Part shown: piece after piece, positions 40,001 to 49,927 of the stretch | Layout of the letters: each line of letters opens with the position of its first letter | Numbering within the stretch: the first letter of the stretch is position 1 | NCBI GenBank assembly: GCA_964036045.1 | Contig: OZ038378.1 | Coordinates: 9,672,001 to 9,736,000 of the forward strand | Length of the DNA: 64,000 nt | DNA from: Eutreptiella sp. 'Long Island Sound 2002' | Taxonomy: Eukaryota > Protista > Euglenida | Direction of reading: 5' to 3' | Notes under the pieces: model-generated | Database searches by the model: none | What the model was told of the DNA's origin: nothing | What the model saw: only the letters and a program-made list of their open reading frames with translations | Program-made: the position numbers and the translations under genes

Positions 40001-40801
40001 CAAGTCTTGCATGCGCAAGCAGGGGGTTGGGCCACAGGAGGGACCAAATTTTGGTTCCAATACATGACCCCAGTGTTGAGCTGCACTTTGTTGCCAAAAG
40101 GTACCCAGGCCAGCAGGCGCCGGAAGGAAAACCTTGGAATGGTGGCCTACCACAATGATGCATGCATGACCCATCACAAGTCGCTGGAATGATAGTGTGT
40201 GGCAACTAGCTTGAGGACACCCCCGCCCAATGTTGTTGGCCGCCCCATGTTGTTGCCCCCCCAATCCAGAAAGAAGAATCATGGGCCCCCTGTTTTGGCC
40301 CACCAATGTTGTCCATTTTTTTCAATTTCATTTCTTCGCTTTATAGTGTCAGATGAGCATGCAAGATTTTTCAGGTATGAAACAGGAAGTGGATCGTTCA
40401 TATGAGTGCTCCTACAAAACGGTCACCTCTGCTGAGTTTGAGGTTCCGGCACATGTGCAAGCAAAGCCGTTTGAGACGTACACGTTGGTGACTACAAACT
40501 ACAAATGTTAAGAAGTACAAATAAAGTTGCCGAGGTGAGCTCGATAAGCATCACAAAGATGCAAGAGCAGGGGGGGGGGCGCAAAAAAAATTCGCGGTAT
40601 CACCATTTTTTTGTACCCCCCCCCCTAGGGGGGGTACGGCCCGAAAAAAAATATACCACCCCTATGTGTAAAAAAGTTTCGCAACCCCAATTTTTTTTTA
40701 AAGAACTGTAGTTTTCAAAGAACGAAAGTTCTGCTGTAGCCCTGTTCTCCCCAGCTTGTGTGTATTACAGGCTATATAAATTGCCTTCTGTCTTTTGTGC
40801 C

Positions 40802-41926
40802 ATGAGTCAGTTCAAGCATGCGACGGCAGCGTCGACGGATGTAGACTGGAACGGTTGATCTCAAAGCAACACGACATTTTGGACGCAGCCTGGTCGGCAC
40901 TTGTGGCCCAGCCCAAATTGGCGATGAAGATTCCAGCTGAACATCGGGCGACAGTCTTACTGGCCAGGTTAGCCACGTGGACCTCCTCCAACAGAGTAAA
41001 CACGACCTCTCTTGCCCGCATCTTTTTTGATCAGCTTGGAGTCACAATGGTGAACAGCTCCTTCTCCTACTACCGAGACGCACTGCTGTTTGGTATGATG
41101 CTACACTGGGGATTGGAAGGTCAATCCTTCGACCTCACCACCGAACAGTCGGCTGCTGCTTTTGCTTTGGCTCAACGGCCAGCTGTGAGGCCCCCGCCAT
41201 CAGCAACCCAGACGCCCATGGCGACAGACGGGGGACAATAGTTCACAGAGGCCGGGGAGCAAACCCCTGACAAGTCGCAAAAGGTGCGTTACGATGCCTT
41301 GACTATAAAAAATGCTAAGACCATTCGCAAGCGCACAAGGGGCAACCAGATGGACCCAGAAGCTCGCCAAGGCCCTGGAACATTATCTGAAGGCACAACG
41401 TGAACTGCTGGAGGAAGAATACACCCCAGGACAACCGGCGCTGGAAATGCAAGTACAATTCGGTGAGGAGCTTGCGGCTGATGTGTGGTCCATCATTCTG
41501 GACTGTGATGACCCGGGGAAAAAGGCACCGAAGTCAGCGGACAAACACAAAAAGAAGAAGGAGAAACTAAAGAGGGAGCACCACAAGAAAGGCAAAGGCA
41601 AGAGCCGTGGGTCCCGACGGCGCCTCTCCGACTCGTCCGGTTCCGAAGAGGAGTCAAGCACAAGCTCCAGTGACTCATCATCCTCGTCGTCGTCAGGGGA
41701 GACTCCACGCAAAGGTACGTCGCGCAGCGCCAGCACATCATCTTCCTGGTCACCAGCAAAGCCCACAATGGTCATCATTGACGGGAAGGAGCACTTCCGC
41801 GGAAAGACGAGCAACAACCTGATAGACTGTTCACGTCCGCCCCAAACGAAGTGCCGGTTTTGCAAGGCCCATCATTGGTTCTGGGAAGGCCCGGCCTACG
41901 GATGCCCGGGGCCAAAGTCCAAATGA
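40802..41926 (+). pseudogene. gag-like region of the YR element (two broken ORFs ending in a zinc-knuckle-like motif)
   Basis: An ATG at 40802 joins ORF 40795-41241 via a probable 1-nt frameshift. ORF 41312-41926 has K- and S-rich tracts and ends CRFCKAHHWFWEGPAYGC. Confidence 0.55.
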
Positions 41927-42046
41927 CTACCGCGCACCAAGAGAGCTGGTCGGTGGGGACGTGGTGCCCGGAAATTCCTCTGGGCAGTCGACCAGCTGGA
42001 GGCAGCAGTTGCAGGCGACTATGCAAGTTCCTATGCGGCAACAGCA

Positions 42047-42900
42047 GTGCGAGGGCTCGGCATCGCATCGGTCAAGGGGTACCTGCAACAGCTCCGCAGA
42101 GTGCGCTACAGGCTCGCCAGACATCCGGGTGAATCATTGCGTACAACAATCGACGAGCAGCTCCTTTGGGAGGTCCAGCAGGAGCACACAGAGTCAAACA
42201 GCAAAAGGCTATTGTCAGGGGTACGGCTACTGGAGAAGTTCAACTGGTTGCAGCCCACCATCGTCCTGGCCGACTGGCTATTCATCGACGCAATTCAAAA
42301 GGTGCCAGAGCGCAAACAAGAGGGGCGATCCAAGCAGTGGGCAACAATACACTGTCTCAGACAACTCTGCCAGGCAGCCAAGACCAAGCTGGACTGGGAA
42401 GTGGTCGCGCTATCGGCACTCTCCATCGCCTTCGGGCTGCGCATCTCAGAGGTAGCGACGGCGGCCCCCGACGAAGCAGAGCTCCGCTTCAGGGGCACTA
42501 AGGGCAGAGCCGGCTTGCACAGGCCAAAAATGGGTCCATGGGCCCGCAAATGGGGTGATTTCCTCGCGCGATTGCGCGCCCTCTCGGGACATCATCCGCA
42601 CAGACCCGCATTTTTCACATCCAAGGCACACTTGGCGGCAGCATTCCTCGAGCTTGTGCAGTCGCCAGGGTGCACATGTAAAACTATTCGCTGGCACAGC
42701 TGGCGCAGATTTGGGGCGGCCTAGCTTCAGGCGCTCGGGCTGCCACTCCACCTGGTGCAGATCTGGGGGGGTGGAAATCGCCCGCGGTGGCAAGGATGTA
42801 CACCACACCCCCCTCCAGCTGGACGTTTGTCAAAGGAGGGCCCATGCCGGGGCCAAAGTGGCAACACAACCAGCTAGGGTGGTACGAAGTTCCCTGGCCT
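42047..42900 (+). pseudogene. Tyrosine recombinase of the retroelement (premature TAG at 42722-42724 and a frameshift in a G run)
   Basis: AFGLRISEV (catalytic R), FRGTKG (K) and RWHSWRRFGA (HxxR) are present. Past the stop the sequence reads LGLPLHLVQIWG/GWKSPAVARMYT (W and catalytic Y). Confidence 0.88.
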
Positions 42901-43105
42901 TCCACGGCCGTCTTCAACGAATGGGTCCGCGCAGCATTGCCAACGGGCCCCCCCAACAGCAGATCTGCTAGGCTCAGCTCACGTCCGTAGGCCCCAAAAA
43001 GGCCTCGCACGAACAGCTTCAATACACAGGGGTCTGCCCCATGATTTCCCCCATCTCTTTCATTCTATAGCCCGGCTTCCAGGCATTCGCCCGCCTAGGC
43101 GGCCC

Positions 43106-44839
43106 ATGGTCGTTGCGGCATTGCAGCACATGGCGCTCGCTCTTCTTGGGTTGCGTGGATTAGCAAGGGCGCTCGCCCTACTGCGTGATGTGTTAAACAC
43201 TATTTTACAGTCTGGACTTTTCTTTGAGTCTGATGGCTACTATGACTATGTGCGTCAGGGCCATGAGCCCGGTCACCATGTCCGTGTCACTGAAGACATT
43301 GCCGGCAAAGGCCTGGGGGAGGCGGGCGCAGTGCACATCGCACACAGCATCTGGCGCCGCCTTGTGCCCTCCAACCTGCGCAAGCAGTACACCAAGTGCA
43401 CGCGGGAGGCGCAACAGCCCTATTTTGCTCCCCATTCTCAGCACACGGTTGGGCGCATGCTGGAGTCCGTCCGTGTGGATACCAGAGGTATGAGACACAC
43501 CAAAGCCAGGGTTTCGTCCTCTGTTTTCTTGCGTTACAAAAATGCTGAAAAGTGTAGGCTGCTCCTCAATGCGGTCCGCATAAATGCGAGTGACCACAGG
43601 GCTCCTAAAGCGGTACGCCTGCCAACCCTCAGCCACCTGGCTCACACCATCAAAGGCTCCAAATCTGGCAGATGGCTCTGCAAAATCGATCTGCAAAACT
43701 GCTATTGGAGCATAAAGCTGCCACGCTCGTGGCACAGGGTTTTTGTGGTCCAGGCAGGACGACATCGCTACAAATATACTCGACTGCCTTTTGGATGGCG
43801 TTATTCACCCTCAATTTGCCAAACCCTTGTCAAGCGGTTAGTTGCCTCGGCCATCTCTGCTGCCAAAGTACCGGTGGGCAACAAAGTGTATCTGGACGAT
43901 GTCCTTCTAGATGCAAAAAGCAGGCGCTCACTCAACATTGGCGGAAGGGCGGTTGTCCGCAAGCTTAGACAAGCAGGTTTCATTATCAGCGTTAAGAGTG
44001 AAACTCGCCCCACGAAGCGCATCGGCTTTGTGGGGAAGTGGTTTGACACCCTCCGCAAGTACATACAAAACCAACCGGCGGTTTTGGCTGGAGCCTTTCG
44101 CATGTGGATTCGGGCGGTGGGCACGGGGAAAATCTCTGCCTCCGACCTTATGCGCTTACTTGGTCGCATGCAATGGCTCATCCGCCCGGCCTCTCTTTCC
44201 TGTTTTCTGGCTGGTGCTTATAGGTCGGCATATTTAGGAGAGGACAGGTTTACCAGAGGTCTCATCCGTTCCACAGGCACCGCCCTCATTTTCTCTCTGG
44301 TTCCCCAGTCATGCAAGTCCAGGCCGTCGCAGGATGGCAGAGTATATTTTGCTGATGCTGCCCCCCCTACCTCTATTTGCGCCAGGCACACCATAGGAGT
44401 GGTGGGCCCCAAAGGGTGCTACCGCTCGCGCCGCTGTCCCCCATGGGTCACTACTCTGGCTCAGGCTGAACTCTATGGGCTTTACTCCGCCGCCAAAATA
44501 GCCGCCTACGAGGGCCACGGCACTGCCTGCATAAGGGTTGACAGTGATACAACCAGATACCAGGCGCTTCGTCAAAGGGCAACGACCCACTGCCATGTAC
44601 AGAACAGACTCCTCCGCCGGCTCTTCTGGCTGCGCCTCTGGAGTGGCTTGAAACTGGTCTTTTTCAGGGTACATACTTCCCAGAATCCAGCTGACCCTCT
44701 TTCACGTCAGTCCAGCTTCCCCTCTGTAGCTGCATCCATCAAAGAGGCGCAGGCACGCCACGCCCGCTGGTGCGCTGCAGATCAGCCGTATGAGCACATT
44801 CAATCCCTGCAGCCTCTGCCGTGGTCCCTGCATGTTTAG
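43106..44839 (+). CDS. Reverse transcriptase-RNase H of the YR retrotransposon (open frame; true start uncertain)
   Basis: RT motifs LCKIDLQNCYW, TRLPFGWRYSP and VYLDDVLL; RNase H motifs YFADAA, QAELYGL, IRVDS and NPADPLSR. Confidence 0.92.
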   Translation: MVVAALQHMALALLGLRGLARALALLRDVLNTILQSGLFFESDGYYDYVRQGHEPGHHVRVTEDIAGKGLGEAGAVHIAHSIWRRLVPSNLRKQYTKCTREAQQPYFAPHSQHTVGRMLESVRVDTRGMRHTKARVSSSVFLRYKNAEKCRLLLNAVRINASDHRAPKAVRLPTLSHLAHTIKGSKSGRWLCKIDLQNCYWSIKLPRSWHRVFVVQAGRHRYKYTRLPFGWRYSPSICQTLVKRLVASAISAAKVPVGNKVYLDDVLLDAKSRRSLNIGGRAVVRKLRQAGFIISVKSETRPTKRIGFVGKWFDTLRKYIQNQPAVLAGAFRMWIRAVGTGKISASDLMRLLGRMQWLIRPASLSCFLAGAYRSAYLGEDRFTRGLIRSTGTALIFSLVPQSCKSRPSQDGRVYFADAAPPTSICARHTIGVVGPKGCYRSRRCPPWVTTLAQAELYGLYSAAKIAAYEGHGTACIRVDSDTTRYQALRQRATTHCHVQNRLLRRLFWLRLWSGLKLVFFRVHTSQNPADPLSRQSSFPSVAASIKEAQARHARWCAADQPYEHIQSLQPLPWSLHV

Positions 44840-45095
44840 TTTCCCCCTCCGCTCCTGTCTTTCTTCCCCCCCTGCACACCTCAACTTATGACTGGCTGGG
44901 TTGGCGCCCGGTCGCCGGCGACATCCGGTCTCCCGCTGATGTCTCTGCCCTGTTGAGTGCAACGTCTAGTCAGTCAGCCCCCCCCCCCCCAGCCGTCCAA
45001 TTCTTGCTTTCACATGAACTGCTTGCTCCTTATGCCGAGTTCATTTCGCCCCCCCCCCCCTGAAGCCCCCCCCTATGCAGGTTGCGCTGTAGAAT

Positions 45096-45320
45096 GGGCA
45101 AGAGACATAGATGGCCCACTAGTGAGAGCGCTAGTCTTCAATCGTCCCGGCGGGGGTTCGATTCCTGGGAGCTGGTGCTCTTGGGGCCCCTGCATGTAGA
45201 GCTCTCTAGTGGGCATCGTGAGAACCACCCACCCCTTCAGCAGCCTGCGCCACCGCCGATACCGGCGGATCGGGTGGAGGTCTCGTCCGTTTTGCCAGCA
45301 CGACAAAAATGCACATGCAA
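45096..45320 (+). mobile_element. tRNA-derived SINE-like module (copy 1)
   Basis: A-box-like TGGCCCACTAGTGAGAGCG and B-box GGTTCGATTCC at tRNA spacing; ~200 bp of clear similarity to 63772-64000. Confidence 0.65.
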
Positions 45321-45436
45321 GCACCACACACACATGCAGCAGCGCGCTCCGCCGCCTGTACTCGAACAGATCGACGGGAGGGCCCGTCCGGTATTCAAAG
45401 GCATCGATGGGGGGGGAAAGCTCCCTCAGATCCAGC

Positions 45437-45507
45437 GCTGCCGGCGGGGTTCGAACCGCCGTCTTCAGGACGGGCGCCGAGTGCGCTGCCGCTCGGGCAA
45501 CGGCCGC
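45437..45507 (-). other. Degenerate tRNA-like sequence (SINE head or tRNA pseudogene)
   Basis: Minus strand reads GCGGCCG-TTGCCCGAGCGG…GGTTCGAACCCC…CGGCAGC: A/B boxes and a 6/7 acceptor stem over 71 nt; the anticodon arm does not pair. Confidence 0.35.
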
Positions 45508-48329
45508 CACGGTATGTATGGCCCCTCTTCCGGGGAGCAGCCGCACGCAGAGCATGCGCGCACGCAGTCATTCCAGCAATTTGTGCCTCCGTTTTCTTTT
45601 TCATTCATCCTCTTTGGTCCGCGCTCTTTGACAGTAACTCCGGCTAGGCTCAGCCATTCTTCAGTGCACAGCAGACGTCATCCAGACCTCGCTGCTTCTG
45701 CCTTCGCTTCGCGGCAGAGCCTTCCGCTTGCTGTGCGTACACGCCGCCTATAGTTTGTATGCTCGCGGTGTGGGGCAATGCCAAACTAACTGGCCGCTAG
45801 CCGGCCCTCTGTTTTCTCTTCTGTCCTTCGGGCTCCGCCCGATGCTGATGACATGTTACAGGTCCCATTCCTGGTACGGCTGTCTTTTTTCGTTACCAGG
45901 AGCAATGGGGAGAAACGAAACCTTCCCTGGCGCTTTCGCGCCACCTAGGGACAGGGAGTCCTTTATATGGGGAGACAGGTTGACCTGTGTGTCAGTGGGC
46001 CTGTGTTTCAGTCACGGGCTAGCCCAGGTGGTACTCAGATGCCACTCACAGGTGCTAGACAGCCCATGCGCTCACATCCGTTCGCATGCTTTAGGGCGTG
46101 CATGTCCGGTGCAGTGCCTCTGGTGACAGGGAGAACGGGGTGTGAAGAACTGTAGTTTTCAAAGAACGAAAGTTCTGCTGTAGCCCTGTTCTCCCCAGCT
46201 TGTGTGTATTACAGGCTATTTAAATTGCCTTCTGTCTTTTGTGCCATGAGTCAGTCCCACCCGCCCACCCGGGCTATGTATCTGTGTTCCCAAACACCAC
46301 TAGTTGCTTTTTCATATTGTGTGAGCGTAGCCTACATAATGCTTTGAGGACCCCAAACATTCCCTATTTTGCCGGTACAAATTTGGACCCCTACATATCC
46401 CTGTTCAGCCACCACAAAGCGAGGGTGCTGGTCGTGGGGCCCCAAGAGTTTTGGCTTGGGGTAAAATTGGTCAAAATGACTTTCCAATTTTTCTGGGAAT
46501 AGTAGCAATAGCACAGGTAGCAAACTAGGTGTGGCATAGGTGAGGGTTTGGCAATAGCACACGTAGCAAACTATGTGTGGCATAGGTGAGGGTTCGGGAT
46601 CCCTCCTTTGCATGCCATACTGCTTCATACTGTTCCCTTGTTGCAAGTTTTTTTACGACCCCGGTTGAATTGGCAACGTTTCAATTGGTTTTGTGCACAA
46701 ATAATGTTGAACCCCAATGTGGGCTTGTTGGACATTGGTGGGGTGCAATGTAGTGGCGTTGTGAGCCCATTTAGCGTGCTGGACCTTCCTATTTTGGGCG
46801 CCACTACCTCATACAGGGCTTTCTACAACGTTGTTGACAACGGCATTTTCCTCAACATCTATGCCGGTCATGGGGTACACCCTCCTAGAGGCCATTTGTG
46901 TTGCTATTGGGGCGGAAACCACTTGGATCACACGAGGTGCCGGGTTGCGTGCTAGTTGCGCTGGTACATCATTCCAAGTCCTGAAGTTGTGGGATTTCAC
47001 CTCCTTTGAAGACACGGAATTGATTTCTTGGGATAAAGCCAAGGAAACTTTGCTGTGCATGGGAACCGCCAACAATGCAACCCAAAAGGTAGCACAGGCT
47101 GCCAAAAGGTAGAAGGACGCGAAAACTAGCAAAAAACTCCGCGGTGAGTCGAAATTGCAATGGGAGGCAGTGGCCAAAGCGGATCAAGCCGAAGAGGATG
47201 TATGCCGGCAACAGGCGTTGCGCCTAGGCGACCAAGACGCCGAGCAAGCTATGGCAACCCAAGACATGGCTGATCTTGATTATGATCCACGCAGCGGATC
47301 AGAGGCCTCAAATTCTGATGAGGAGAAAGTGGGCAGTAGTTCAGGTGCCTCTGATGCCTCAGACTCCGACTCCTCCAACTCAAGCTCCAGCACATCCTCA
47401 TCATCTAGCTCCTCATCCAGCTCTAGTGCTGCGGCGGTAAATGCTGGCACCTCAAAGAAAAAGTGCACCACAAAGAAGGTCTACTTGGCTAAACGTAAGC
47501 CTTCCGTTGAAGATAAAGCTCGAAAGAAAACAAAGGCCATGTAATTTGGAAGGGATTCCCACTGAAGTCTTGTCGGCTAATTTTGACCACCATTGTGTGA
47601 ACTGGCTTGGATCTCCATTGTATGAACCGGCTTGAATCTCCATTTTGTGAACCGTGGCGGGGACCTATGCACTTAACGAGTACTTCACGCTGAACCCCCC
47701 CCCCCCTCCATGCTCTCGACCCCTTCCCCAAGCCATTTGTCAAACAATCAAACAAAATGGATGTCAAACTATGAAAGCAGATGTTGAACACACGGGGCCA
47801 CGGATAGCACCTCTGCGGATATTCTTTTCTTCCTCATTTGAAGTTTTTCGTTCTGTCTATTAACAGGCGCTATCTGTCGAGCCAAGTGTCACGGTAGGCC
47901 AAGGGGTTCATTCTGGCGCAAGTGGATGCCGTGGCATGTGGGGGGTCTAAGAGCACGTGGTGGGGGTCACAGCACTAAAAATCTGCCTCTGTACCTCTAT
48001 GGCCCTCACTCTTGGGCTTCTTCCCCGCTTTGGCTTACCCTCCCTCCGTTTCTTTTTCATCAACAGGAAACAGCAAAAATCCGCCAGAGTATCTGCTTCA
48101 GGCCTTTGAGTTTCTGAGTGATGCATGAGTGAGTGCTGTGCTCTGTCTCTTGTTTGCCAATTGCCAGAATTGCCAGCGGAGCCAGCAAGCAACTAGAAGG
48201 CATCAAGCTGAAATAGCATGCATGCAAACACCACTGGGAACAAACAACAAGCATTAAGAATGCAAGACGAATGAACAGCAACCATCTAGAGGGCACCAGC
48301 AACGAGCTTTAAGCATCCATAAGCATTTA

Positions 48330-48971
48330 CCTTCCCCCCCCCTCCCCCCGTGTCCACCCCCCCCCAGGGGGGGGGGGGCTTCACCGGCTGGTTCCAAAAA
48401 AAAACGCAACAGTGTCATATTGCACAGGACTGCATAATTATGAGAGCTCGTTGTTATTGTTATTTTACCCGGGACATCCCGGAGGAAAAGTGGATCCCCA
48501 AAAAGCTGGCGGCACCAACAGTTGCCAAACCTGCACCCAAACCTGCACCCAAACGTGGAAAGCAGCCTGCAGCGAAGCCTGCTGCAGCCACTTCGTCCAT
48601 CCCTGTGGCTGATGGCCAGCATGTTGGGACCGGACCGGAAAAAGAAGTTTTACACTGTCCCTGTTCAGCAGTAGGGGCATGCAGCAAACTGATGGACTGA
48701 TGCATTGTATTGAGAATTTTGCTTGTTTGCATCATTTGCATGGCACCATTTGATCTCTGTATATCAGTGTGTTTTTCAGAGCCTTGGGCGACATACAGCA
48801 AGCAACTGATCGGTCATAAATTCTGCGTAGTATGCGGCGGTAATTTGTTCGTTGGCAATGGTGTCTATCCCCCGGGGGGGGGGGGGGGGGACCGTCACTT
48901 GGCAACGTTCCCCCCCAGGGTGGGGGGGAACCGTCGTCCCTGGGGGGGGATGGACATGGGGGGGGGGAAGG
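48330..48971. mobile_element. TA-flanked non-autonomous DNA transposon with C/G-run TIRs
   Basis: TA|CCTTCCCCCCCCC..GTGTCC at the left end and GGACATGGGGGGGGGGAAGG|TA at the right end; internal Cys-containing ORF scraps. Confidence 0.6.
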
Positions 48972-49799
48972 TATGAAAGAGCAAAATGTGCCTTTTTTTT
49001 TTACCATTCCGAATATTTTGGAATATTTCTGAATATTTCCTGACCGAGAAAAAATTTCTATTCTGAATCAGTGACAAACCCTGGCTGACCAAGACGGGGT
49101 CCTGGGTGGTATCTCCAAGTTTCCCAGATCGGCCCCTGATGGGGCCTCACCGGTGAGCTTTCAGCCATTTTCAGGCCGGCATGGGTTGGTTATAAAGCGG
49201 TGATGTGTGGGCAACCTCTGACAACCCCTGGGGACGCTTGGGCCGGAGAACTACTCACCATACTGGTGCTGCGACTTTCCCATTTTGCAAATCCTGTCTT
49301 CCACTAGGTAGCTCTCTCTCTCTCTGTGTGTGTGTGGTTTGATGGGGGCATCCAACACCAATTGACAAAACACAACCCTCTTGTAGATATTTCCTTTGGC
49401 GGAGGCTTCGTGGGAAGCTGTGGGTGGTGATGTTGGGGTAGCTGCAGCAATTCAGCAATTGCTGTTTTGCTCTGTAGGGCCCGTGCAGCCGTCACACCTG
49501 TGGCGAATCTGCTACTGCTTCATCCTCTTTACGCAGAACGAAAGACGTCTAGGGCTGCCCTGCAGCTCCTGAGGAGTTCTCTTGTCTCACCGCTTTGCTG
49601 CCTTGCTGTAGTTTGTTTGCACTTCCCGTGATGGGTGCACGCTGGAATGGGGTACAAAGTTGGAGGGGGGGGGGGGCTTCGCAAGTGGGTTGCACCATTC
49701 CAGGGCGACATCTATGAGCCAAAGACGTGACAGACCAGAGGGAAGAACAGGGAGGCATATAGCCAATGCCATGCAGAGAGGCAGATGCAAGAGGGGGGT

Positions 49800-49816
49800 C
49801 ACACACACACACGCAC

Positions 49817-49850
<34 letters not shown>
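49800..49850. repeat. (CA)n microsatellite
   Basis: Direct reading; it accounts for the spurious HTHT N-terminus of ORF 49766. Confidence 0.9.
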
Positions 49851-49854
<4 letters not shown>

Positions 49855-49927
49855 ACTCATAACCCGCTTTTACTCCTGTACCAACCATACAAAGCCCTTC
49901 ATTTCCACTACTGGCTCCCTGGTAGCA

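Larger units (their letters stand above)
40701..46255 (+). mobile_element. Tyrosine-recombinase (DIRS-order) retrotransposon of VIPER/TATE-like architecture
   Basis: 111-bp terminal direct repeats (40701-40811 and 46145-46255, one mismatch), no TSD visible, and ORF order gag-like, YR, RT-RNase H. Confidence 0.9.

Noticed and set aside
45105-45180. Functional opal-suppressor or Sec tRNA gene
   Set aside because: The anticodon and acceptor stems do not pair and there is no long variable arm; treated as a tRNA-derived repeat.
47315-47330. CTGATGAG hammerhead-core-like motif
   Set aside because: No flanking stems or properly placed GAAA; it lies in Ser-Asp-Glu coding-like sequence.
46831-47544. 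Broken ORF with Ser-rich and Lys-rich tail
   Set aside because: It looks coding but is interrupted by a stop and has no identifiable domain; it may be a TE accessory ORF and cannot be named.
48111-48120. TTTCTGAGTG match to part of the Euglena spliced-leader sequence
   Set aside because: Only 10 nt match and the rest of the SL exon and donor are absent; compatible with chance.
49766-49927. N-terminal 54 codons of the 1122-aa ORF
   Set aside because: They cross a (CA)n microsatellite and lie upstream of a plausible splice acceptor and ATG.
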